64,000 nucleotides of DNA from the NCBI GenBank assembly GCA_964057225.1, contig CAXKVF010000081.1, positions 316,452 through 380,451 of the forward strand. The letters run 5' to 3'. The stretch is from Auanema rhodensis. Its lineage: Eukaryota > Animalia > Nematoda. Positions 1 to 12,300 of this stretch are shown here, piece after piece; position 1 is the stretch's first letter; each line of letters begins with the position of its first letter. The notes below the pieces were generated by a model that did not search any database, was not told where the DNA came from, and worked only from the letters and a program-made list of their open reading frames with translations. The translations under genes were made by a program, and so were the position numbers.

Positions 1-2395
1 AAAATTGTTTTTAGACTAATATGGACATGGGGAATCTAATTTTGAAAACCGCATCTCTTTATCTTTCACGTGAAGCGAGTTACATAACAAGTGCACATCA
101 CGTGTACATTTAATTAGCATAAATTAAAGTTCACGTAAATTTCAAAGTCATGGTTACCATGAACCAATATCAATGAAAATTTGTTTTTAGGCTAATATGG
201 ACATGGGGAATCAAATTTTGAAAACCGCATCTCTTTATCTTTCACGTGAAGCGAGTTACATAACAAGTGCACATCACGTGTACATTTAATTAGCATAAAT
301 TAAAGTTCACGTAAATTTCAAAGTCATGGTTACCATGAACCAATATCAATGAAAATTTGTTTTTAGACTAATATGGACATGAAGAATCTAATTTTGAAAA
401 CCGCATCTCTTTATCTTTCACGTGAAGCGAGTTACATACCAAGTGCACATCACGTGTACATTTAATTAGCATAAATTAAAGTTCACGTAAACTTCAAAGT
501 CATGGTTACCATGCACCAATATCAATAAAAATTTGTTTTTAGACTAATATGGACATGGGGAATCTTATTTTGAAAACCGCATCTCTTTATCTTTCACGTG
601 AAGCGAGTTACATACCAAGTGCACATCACGTGTACATTTAATTAGCATAAATTAAAGTTCACGTAAATTTCAAAGTCATGGTTACCATGCACCAATATCA
701 ATAAAAAATTGTTTTTAGACTAATATGGACATGGGGAATCTAATTTTGAAAACCGCATCTCTTTATCTTTCACGTGAAGCGAGTTACATACCAAGTGCAC
801 ATCACGTGTACATTTAATTAGCATAAATTAAAGTTCACGTTAATTTCAAAGTCATGGTTACCATGAACCAATATCAATGAAAATTTGTTTTTAGACTAAT
901 ATGGACATGGGGAATCTTATTTTGAAAACCGCATATCTTTATCTTTCACGTGAAGCGAGTTACATACCAAGTGCACATCACGTGTACATTTAATTAGCAT
1001 AAATTAAAGTTCACGTAAACTTCAAAGTCATGGTTACCATGCACCAATATCAATAAAAAATTGTTTTTAGACTAATATGGACATGGGGAATCTAATTTTG
1101 AAAACCGCATCTCTTTATCTTTCACGTGAAGCGAGTTACATACCAAGTGCACATCACGTGTACATTTAATTAGCATAAATTAAAGTTCACGTAAATTTCA
1201 AAGTCATGGTTACCATGAACCAATATCAATGAAAATTTGTTTTTAGACTAATATGGACATGAAGAATCTAATTTTGAAAACCGCATCTCTTTATCTTTCA
1301 CGTGAAGCGAGTTACATACCAAGTGCACATCACGTGTACATTTAATTAGCATAAATTAAAGTTCACGTAAATTTCAAAGTCATGGTTACCATGCACCAAT
1401 ATCAATAAAAATTTGTTTTTAGACTAATATGGACATGACGAATCTAATTTTGAAAACCGCATCTCTTTATCTTTCACGTGAAGCGAGTTACATACCAAGT
1501 GCACATCACGTGTACATTTAATTAGCATAAATTAAAGTTCACGTAAATTTCAAAGTCATGGTTACCATGCACCAATATCAATAAATATTTGTTTTTAGAC
1601 TAATATGGACATGGGGAATCTAATTTTGAAAACCGCATCTCTTTATCTTTCACGTGAAGCGAGTTACATACCAAGTGCACATCACGTGTACATTTAATTA
1701 GCATAAATTAAAGTTCACGTAAATTTCAAAGTCATGGTTACCATGAACCAATATCAATAAAAATTTGTTTTTAGACTAATATGGACATGGGGAATCTAAT
1801 TTTGAAAACCGCATCTCTTTATCTTTCACGTGAAGCGAGTTACATACCAAGTGCACATCACGTGTACATTTAATTAGCATAAATTAAAGTTCACGTAAAT
1901 TTCAAAGACATGGTTACCATGAACCAATATCAATGAAAATTTGTTTTTAGACTAATATGGACATGGGGAATCTAATTTTGAAAACCGCATCTCTTTATCT
2001 TTCACGTGAAGCGAGTTACATACCAAGTGCACATCACGTGTACATTTAATTAGCATAAATTAAAGTTCACGTAAATTTCAAAGTCATGGTTACCATGCAC
2101 CAATATCAATAAAAAATTGTTTTTAGACTAATATGGACATGGGGAATCTAATTTTGAAAACCGCATCTCTTTATCTTTCACGTGAAGCGAGTTACATACC
2201 AAGTGCACATCACGTGTACATTTAATTAGCATAAATTAAAGTTCACGTTAATTTCAAAGTCATGGTTACCATGAACCAATATCAATGAAAATTTGTTTTT
2301 AGACTAATATGGACATGGGGAATCTTATTTTGAAAACCGCATCTCTTTATCTTTCACGTGAAGCGAGTTACATACCAAGTGCACATCACGTGTAC

Positions 2396-3035
2396 ATTTA
2401 ATTAGCATAAATTAAAGTTCACGTAAATTTCAAAGTCATGGTTACCATGCACCAATATCAATAAAAATTTGTTTTAGACTAATATGGACATGGGGAATCT
2501 TATTTTGAAAACCGCATCTCTTTATCTTTCACGTGAAGCGAGTTACATACCAAGTGCACATCACGTGTACATTTAATTAGCATAAATTAAAGTTCACGTA
2601 AATTTCAAAGTCATGGTTACCATGCACCAATATCAATAAAAAATTGTTTTTAGACTAATATGGACATGGGGAATCTAATTTTGAAAACCGCATCTCTTTA
2701 TCTTTCACGTGAAGCATTTAATTAGCATAAATTAAAGTTCACGTAAATTTCAAAGTCATGGTTACCATGCACCAATATCAATAAAAATTTGTTTTAGACT
2801 AATATGGACATGGGGAATCTTATTTTGAAAACCGCATCTCTTTATCTTTCACGTGAAGCGAGTTACATAACAAGTGCACATCACGTGTACATTTAATTAG
2901 CATAAATTAAAGTTCACGTAAATTTCAAAGTCATGGTTACCATGCACCAATATCAATAAAAAATTGTTTTTAGACTAATATGGACATGGGGAATCTAATT
3001 TTGAAAACCGCATCTCTTTATCTTTCACGTGAAGC
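2396..3035 (+). repeat. Out-of-register 320-bp tandem duplication (2396-2715 / 2716-3035)
   Basis: The junction gaagc|atttaatt skips 31 bp of monomer. The rare 4-T 'gttttag' variant occurs at ~2472 and ~2792 (320 apart) with the same neighbouring variants. I saw one mismatch between the copies (2550 c vs 2870 a). Confidence 0.8.
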
Positions 3036-6000
3036 GAGTTACATACCAAGTGCACATCACGTGTACATTTAATTAGCATAAATTAAAGTTCACGTAAATT
3101 TCAAAGTCATGGTTACCATGAACCAATATCAATGAAAATTTGTTTTTAGGCTAATATGGACATGGGGAATCAAATTTTGAAAACCGCATCTCTTTATCTT
3201 TCACGTGAAGCGAGTTACATAACAAGTGCACATCACGTGTACATTTAATTAGCATAAATTAAAGTTCACGTAAATTTCAAAGTCATGGTCACCATGCACC
3301 AATATCCATAAAAAATTGTTTTTAGACTAATATGGACATGGGGAATCTAATTTTGAAAACCGCATCTCTTTATCTTTCACGTGAAGCGAGTTACATACCA
3401 AGTGCACATCACGTGTACATTTAATTAGCATAAATTAAAGTTCACGTAAATTTCAAAGTCATGGTTACCATGCACCAATATCAATAAAAATTTGTTTTTA
3501 GACTAATATGGACATGGGGAATCTTATTTTGAAAACCGCATCTCTTTATCTTTCACGTGAAGCGAGTTACATACCAAGTGCACATCACGTGTACATTTAA
3601 TTAGCATAAATTAAAGTTCACGTAAATTTCAAAGTCATGGTTACCATGCACCAATATCAATAAAAATTTGTTTTTAGACTAATATGGACATGGGAAATCT
3701 AATTTTGAAAACCGCATCTCTTTATCTTTCACGTGAAGCGAGTTACATACCAAGTGCACATCACGTGTACATTTAATTAGCATAAATTAAAGTTCACGTA
3801 AATTTCAAAGTCATGGTTACCATGCACCAATATCAATAAAAATTTGTTTTTAGACTATTATGGAGATGAGGAATCTAATTTTGAAAACCGCATCTCTTTA
3901 TCTTTCACGTGAAGCGAGTTACATACCAAGTGCACATCACGTGTACATTTAATTAGCATAAATTAAAGTTCACGTAAATTTCAAAGTCATGGTTACCATG
4001 CACCAATATCAATAAAAATTTGTTTTTAGACTAATATGGACATGGGAAATCTAATTTTGAAAACCGCATCTCTTTATCTTTCACGTGAAGCGAGTTACAT
4101 ACCAAGTGCACATCACGTGTACATTTAATTAGCATAAATTAAAGTTCACGTAAATTTCAAAGTCATGGTTACCATGCACCAATATCAATAAAAATTTGTT
4201 TTTAGACTATTATGGAGATGAGGAATCTAATTTTGAAAACCGCATCTCTTTATCTTTCACGTGAAGCGAGTTACATACCAAGTGCACATCACGTGTACAT
4301 TTAATTAGCATAAATTAAAGTTCACGTAAATTTCAAAGTCATGGTTACCATGAACCAATATCAATGAAAATTTGTTTTTAGACTAATATGGACATGAAGA
4401 ATCTAATTTTGAAAACCGCATCTCTTTATCTTTCACGTGAAGCGAGTTACATACCAAGTGCACATCACGTGTACATTTAATTAGCATAAATTAAAGTTCA
4501 CGTAAATTTCAAAGACATGGTTACCATGAACCAATATCAATGAAAATTTGTTTTTAGACTAATATGGACATGGGGAATCTAATTTTGAAAACCGCATCTC
4601 TTTATCTTTCACGTGAAGCGAGTTACATACCAAGTGCACATCACGTGTACATTTAATTAGCATAAATTAAAGTTCACGTAAATTTCAAAGTCATGGTTAC
4701 CATGCACCAATATCAATAAAAAATTGTTTTTAGACTAATATGGACATGGGGAATCTAATTTTGAAAACCGCATCTCTTTATCTTTCACGTGAAGCGAGTT
4801 ACATACCAAGTGCACATCACGTGTACATTTAATTAGCATAAATTAAAGTTCACGTTAATTTCAAAGTCATGGTTACCATGAACCAATATCAATGAAAATT
4901 TGTTTTTAGACTAATATGGACATGGGGAATCTTATTTTGAAAACCGCATCTCTTTATCTTCCACGTGAAGCGAGTTACATACCAAGTGCACATCACGTGT
5001 ACATTTAATTAGCATAAATTAAAGTTCACGTAAATTTCAAAGTCATGGTTACCATGCACCAATATCAATAAAAAATTGTTTTTAGACTAATATGGACATG
5101 GGGAATCTAATTTTGAAAACCGCATCTCTTTATCTTTCACGTGAAGCGAGTTACATACCAAGTGCACATCACGTGTACATTTAATTAGCATAAATTAAAG
5201 TTCACGTAAATTTCAAAGTCATGGTTACCATGCACCAATATCAATAAAAATTTGTTTTAGACTAATATGGACATGGGGAATCTTATTTTGAAAACCGCAT
5301 CTCTTTATCTTTCACGTGAAGCGAGTTACATACCAAGTGCACATCACGTGTACATTTAATTAGCATAAATTAAAGTTCACGTAAATTTCAAAGTCATGGT
5401 TACCATGCACCAATATCAATAAAAAATTGTTTTTAGACTAATATGGACATGGGGAATCTAATTTTGAAAACCGCATCTCTTTATCTTTCACGTGAAGCGA
5501 GTTACAAACCAAGTGCACATCACGTGTACATTTAATTAGCATAAATTAAAGTTCACGTAAATTTCAAAGTCATGGTTACCATGAACCAATATCAATGAAA
5601 ATTTGTTTTTAGGCTAATATGGACATGGGGAATCAAATTTTGAAAACCGCATCTCTTTATCTTTCACGTGAAGCGAGTTACATAACAAGTGCACATCACG
5701 TGTACATTTAATTAGCATAAATTAAAGTTCACGTAAATTTCAAAGTCATGGTCACCATGCACCAATATCCATAAAAAATTGTTTTTAGACTAATATGGAC
5801 ATGGGGAATCTAATTTTGAAAACCGCATCTCTTTATCTTTCACGTGAAGCGAGTTACATACCAAGTGCACATCACGTGTACATTTAATTAGCATAAATTA
5901 AAGTTCACGTAAATTTCAAAGTCATGGTTACCATGCACCAATATCAATAAAAATTTGTTTTTAGACTAATATGGACATGGGGAATCTTATTTTGAAAACC

Positions 6001-9000
6001 GCATCTCTTTATCTTTCACGTGAAGCGAGTTACATACCAAGTGCACATCACGTGTACATTTAATTAGCATAAATTAAAGTTCACGTAAATTTCAAAGTCA
6101 TGGTTACCATGCACCAATATCAATAAAAATTTGTTTTTAGACTAATATGGACATGGGAAATCTAATTTTGAAAACCGCATCTCTTTATCTTTCACGTGAA
6201 GCGAGTTACATACCAAGTGCACATCACGTGTACATTTAATTAGCATAAATTAAAGTTCACGTAAATTTCAAAGTCATGGTTACCATGCACCAATATCAAT
6301 AAAAATTTGTTTTTAGACTATTATGGAGATGAGGAATCTAATTTTGAAAACCGCATCTCTTTATCTTTCACGTGAAGCGAGTTACATACCAAGTGCACAT
6401 CACGTGTACATTTAATTAGCATAAATTAAAGTTCACGTAAATTTCAAAGTCATGGTTACCATGAACCAATATCAATGAAAATTTGTTTTTAGACTAATAT
6501 GGACATGAAGAATCTAATTTTGAAAACCGCATCTCTTTATCTTTCACGTGAAGCGAGTTACATACCAAGTGCACATCACGTGTACATTTAATTAGCATAA
6601 ATTAAAGTTCACGTAAACTTCAAAGTCATGGTTACCATGCACCAATATCAATAAAAATTTGTTTTTAGACTAATATGGACATGGGGAATCTTATTTTGAA
6701 AACCGCATCTCTTTATCTTTCACGTGAAGCGAGTTACATACCAAGTGCACATCACGTGTACATTTAATTAGCATAAATTAAAGTTCACGTAAATTTCAAA
6801 GTCATGGTTACCATGCACCAATATCATAAAAAAATTGTTTTTAGACTAATATGGACATGGGGAATCTAATTTTGAAAACCGCATCTCTTTATCTTTCACG
6901 TGAAGCGAGTTACATACCAAGTGCACATCACGTGTACATTTAATTAGCATAAATTAAAGTTCACGTAAATTTCAAAGTCATGGTTACCATGCACCAATAT
7001 CAATAAAAATTTGTTTTTAGACTAATATGGACATGGGGAATCTTATTTTGAAAACCGCATATCTTTATCTTTCACGTGAAGCGAGTTACATACCAAGTGC
7101 ACATCACGTGTACATTTAATTAGCATAAATTAAAGTTCACGTAAACTTCAAAGTCATGGTTACCATGCACCAATATCAATAAAAATTTGTTTTTAGACTA
7201 ATATGGACATGGGGAATCTTATTTTGAAAACCGCATCTCTTTATCTTTCACGTGAAGCGAGTTACATACCAAGTGCACATCACGTGTACATTTAATTAGC
7301 ATAAATTAAAGTTCACGTAAATTTCAAAGTCATGGTTACCATGCACCAATATCAATACAAATTTGTTTTTAGACTAATATGGACATGGGGAATCTAATTT
7401 TGAAAACCGCATCTCTTTATCTTTCACGTGAAGCGAGTTACATACCAAGTGCACATCACGTGTACATTTAATTAGCATAAATTAAAGTTCACGTAAATTT
7501 CAAAGTCATGGTTACCATGCACCAATATCAATAAAAATTTGTTTTTAGACTAATATGGACATGACGAATCTAATTTTGAAAACCGCATCTCTTTATCTTT
7601 CACGTGAAGCGAGTTACATACCAAGTGCACATCACGTGTACATTTAATAAGCATAAATTAAAGTTCACGTAAATTTCAAAGTCATGGTTACCATGCACCA
7701 ATATCAATAAAAATTTGTTTTTAGACTAATATGGACATGGGGAATCTAATTTTGAAAACCGCATCTCTTTATCTTTCACGTGAAGCGAGTTACATACCAA
7801 GTGCACATCACGTGTACATTTAATTAGCATAAATTAAAGTTCACGTAAATTTCAAAGTCATGGTTACCATGCACCAATATCATAAAAAAATTGTTTTTAG
7901 ACTAATATGGACATGGGGAATCTAATTTTGAAAACCGCATCTCTTTATCTTTCACGTGAAGCGAGTTACATACCAAGTGCACATCACGTGTACATTTAAT
8001 TAGCATAAATTAAAGTTCACGTAAATTTCAAAGTCATGGTTACCATGCACCAATATCAATAAAAATTTGTTTTTAGACTAATATGGACATGGGGAATCTT
8101 ATTTTGAAAACCGCATATCTTTATCTTTCACGTGAAGCGAGTTACATACCAAGTGCACATCACGTGTACATTTAATTAGCATAAATTAAAGTTCACGTAA
8201 ACTTCAAAGTCATGGTTACCATGCACCAATATCAATAAAAATTTGTTTTTAGACTAATATGGACATGGGGAATCTTATTTTGAAAACCGCATCTCTTTAT
8301 CTTTCACGTGAAGCGAGTTACATACCAAGTGCACATCACGTGTACATTTAATTAGCATAAATTAAAGTTCACGTAAATTTCAAAGTCATGGTTACCATGC
8401 ACCAATATCAATACAAATTTGTTTTTAGACTAATATGGACATGGGGAATCTAATTTTGAAAACCGCATCTCTTTATCTTTCACGTGAAGCGAGTTACATA
8501 CCAAGTGCACATCACGTGTACATTTAATTAGCATAAATTAAAGTTCACGTAAATTTCAAAGTCATGGTTACCATGCACCAATATCAATAAAAATTTGTTT
8601 TTAGACTAATATGGACATGGGGAATCTAATTTTGAAAACCGCATCTCTTTATCTTTCACGTGAAGCGAGTTACATACCAAGTGCACATCACGTGTACATT
8701 TAATTAGCATAAATTAAAGTTCACGTAAATTTCAAAGTCATGGTTACCATGAACCAATATCAATAAAAATTTGTTTTTAGACTAATATGGACATGGGGAA
8801 TCAAATTTTGAAAACCGCATCTCTTTATCTTTCACGTGAAGCGAGTTACATACCAAGTGCACATCACGTGTACATTTAATTAGCATAAATTAAAGTTCAC
8901 GTAAATTTCAAAGTCATGGTTACCATGCACCAATATCAATAAAAAATTGTTTTTAGACTAATATGGACATGGGGAATCTAATTTTGAAAACCGCATCTCT

Positions 9001-9399
9001 TTATCTTTCACGTGAAGCGAGTTACATACCAAGTGCACATCACGTGTACATTTAATTAGCATAAATTAAAGTTCACGTAAATTTCAAAGTCATGGTTACC
9101 ATGAACCAATATCAATGAAAATTTGTTTTTAGGCTAATATGGACATGGGGAATCAAATTTTGAAAACCGCATCTCTTTATCTTTCACGTGAAGCGAGTTA
9201 CATAACAAGTGCACATCACGTGTACATTTAATTAGCATAAATTAAAGTTCACGTAAATTTCAAAGTCATGGTTACCATGCACCAATATCAATAAAAATTT
9301 GTTTTTAGACTAATATGGAGATGAGGAATCTAATTTTGAAAACCGCATCTCTTTATCTTTCACGTGAAGCGAGTTACATACCAAGTGCACATCACGTGT

Positions 9400-12300
9400 A
9401 CATTTAATTAGCATAAATTAAAGTTCACGTAAATTTCAAAGTCATGGTTACCATGCACCAATATCAATAAAAATTTGTTTTTAGACTAATATGGACATGG
9501 GGAATCTAATTTTGAAAACCGCATCTCTTTATCTTTTACGTGAAGCGAGTTACATACCAAGTGCACATCACGTGTACATTTAATTAGCATAAATTAAAGT
9601 TCACGTAAACTTCAAAGTCATGGTTACCATGCACCAATATCAATAAAAATTTGTTTTTAGACTAATATGGACATGGGGAATCTTATTTTGAAAACCGCAT
9701 CTCTTTATCTTTCACGTGAAGCGAGTTACATACCAAGTGCACATCACGTGTACATTTAATTAGCATAAATTAAAGTTCACGTAAATTTCAAAGTCATGGT
9801 TACCATGCACCAATATCATAAAAAAATTGTTTTTAGACTAATATGGACATGGGGAATCTAATTTTGAAAACCGCATCTCTTTATCTTTCACGTGAAGCGA
9901 GTTACATACCAAGTGCACATCACGTGTACATTTAATTAGCATAAATTAAAGTTCACGTAAACTTCAAAGTCATGGTTACCATGCACCAATATCAATAAAA
10001 ATTTGTTTTTAGACTAATATGGACATGGGGAATCTAATTTTGAAAACCGCATCTCTTTATCTTTCACGTGAAGCGAGTTACATACCAAGTGCACATCACG
10101 TGTACATTTAATTAGCATAAATTAAAGTTCACGTAAATTTCAAAGTCATGGTTACCAAGCACCAATATCAATAAAAATTTGTTTTTAGACTAATATGGAC
10201 ATGACGAATCTAATTTTGAAAACCGCATCTCTTTATCTTTCACGTGAAGCGAGTTACATACCAAGTGCACATCACGTGTACATTTAATTAGCATAAATTA
10301 AAGTTCACGTAAATTTCAAAGTCATGGTTACCATGCACCAATATCAATAAATATTTGTTTTTAGACTAATATGGACATGGGGAATCTAATTTTGAAAACC
10401 GCATCTCTTTATCTTTCACGTGAAGCAAGTTACATACCAAGTGCACATCACGTGTACATTTAATTAGCATAAATTAAAGTTCACGTAAATTTCAAAGTCA
10501 TGGTTACCATGAACCAATATCAATAAAAATTTGTTTTTAGACTAATATGGACATGGGGAATCTAATTTTGAAAACCGCATCTCTTTATCTTTCACGTGAA
10601 GCGAGTTACATACCAAGTGCACATCACGTGTACATTTAATAAGCATAAATTAAAGTTCACGTAAATTTCAAAGTCATGGTTACCATGAACCAATATCAAT
10701 GAAAATTTGTTTTTAGACTAATATGGACATGGGGAATCTAATTTTGAAAACCGCATCTCTTTATCTTTCACGTGAAGCGAGTTACATACCAAGTGCACAT
10801 CACGTGTACATTTAATTAGCATAAATTAAAGTTCACGTAAATTTCAAAGTCATGGTTACCATGCACCAATATCAATAAAAAATTGTTTTTAGACTAATAT
10901 GGACATGGGGAATCTAATTTTGAAAACCGCATCTCTTTATCTTTCACGTGAAGCGAGTTACATACCAAGTGCACATCACGTGTACATTTAATTAGCATAA
11001 ATTAAAGTTCACGTTAATTTCAAAGTCATGGTTACCATGCACCAATATCAATAAAAATTTGTTTTTAGACTAATATGGACATGGGGAATCTTATTTTGAA
11101 AACCGCATCTCTTTATCTTTCACGTGAAGCGAGTTACATACCAAGTGCACATCACGTGTACATTTAATTAGCATAAATTAAAGTTCACGTAAATTTCAAA
11201 GTCATGGTTACCATGCACCAATATCAATAAAAATTTGTTTTTAGACTAATATGTACATGGGGAATCTTATTTTGAAAACCGCATCTCTTTATCTTTCACG
11301 TGAAGCGAGTTACATACCAAGTGCACATCACGTGTACATTTAATTAGCATAAATTAAAGTTCACGTAAATTTCAAAGTCATGGTTACCATGCACCAATAT
11401 CAATAAAAATTTGTTTTTAGACTAATATGGACATGAGGAATCTAATTTTGAAAACCGCATCTCTTTATCTTTCACGTGAAGCGAGTTACATACCAAGTGC
11501 ACATCACGTGTACATTTAATTAGCATAAATTAAAGTTCACGTAAATTTCAAAGTCATGGTTACCATGCACCAATATCAATAAAAATTTGTTTTTAGACTA
11601 ATATGGACATGGGGAATCCAATTTTGAAAACCGCATCTCTTTATCTTTCACGTGAAGCGAGTTACATACCAAGTGCACATCACGTGTACATTTAATTAGC
11701 ATAAATTAAAGTTCACGTAAATTTCAAAGTCATGGTTACCATGCACCAATATCAATAAAAATTTGTTTTTAGACTAATATGGACATGGGGAATCTTATTT
11801 TGAAAACCGCATATCTTTATCTTTCACGTGAAGCGAGTTACATACCAAGTGCACATCACGTGTACATTTAATTAGCATAAATTAAAGTTCACGTAAACTT
11901 CAAAGTCATGGTTACCATGCACCAATATCAATAAAAATTTGATTTTAGACTAATATGGACATGGGGAATCTTATTTTGAAAACCGCATCTCTTTATCTTT
12001 CACGTGAAGCGAGTTACATACCAAGTGCACATCACGTGTACATTTAATTAGCATAAATTAAAGTTCACGTAAATTTCAAAGTCATGGTTACCATGCACCA
12101 ATATCAATACAAATTTGTTTTTAGACTAATATGGACATGGGGAATCTAATTTTGAAAACCGCATCTCTTTATCTTTCACGTGAAGCGAGTTACATACCAA
12201 GTGCACATCACGTGTAAATTTAATTAGCATAAATTAAAGTTCACGTAAACTTCAAAGTCATGGTTACCATGCACCAATATCAATAAAAATTTGTTTTTAG

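Noticed and set aside
109-161. Octamer-like ATTAGCAT and RFX half-site-like GTTACCATG as promoter elements
   Set aside because: These are short degenerate matches in AT-rich repeat DNA with no associated gene, so they are not supportable as regulatory features.
1-176. Identity with known ~171-178-bp satellites (Brassica CentBr, Arabidopsis CEN178, primate alpha satellite, honeybee AluI)
   Set aside because: Only the length matches. The consensus has no AAGCTT or AGCT site and no canonical CENP-B box, and it does not resemble the plant or primate sequences as I recall them. A BLAST or Dfam search is needed for assignment.
1-176. 5S rRNA, tRNA or snRNA tandem gene unit
   Set aside because: The monomer is 32% GC with no A/B or A/C boxes, no cloverleaf and no recognisable RNA gene sequence on either strand.
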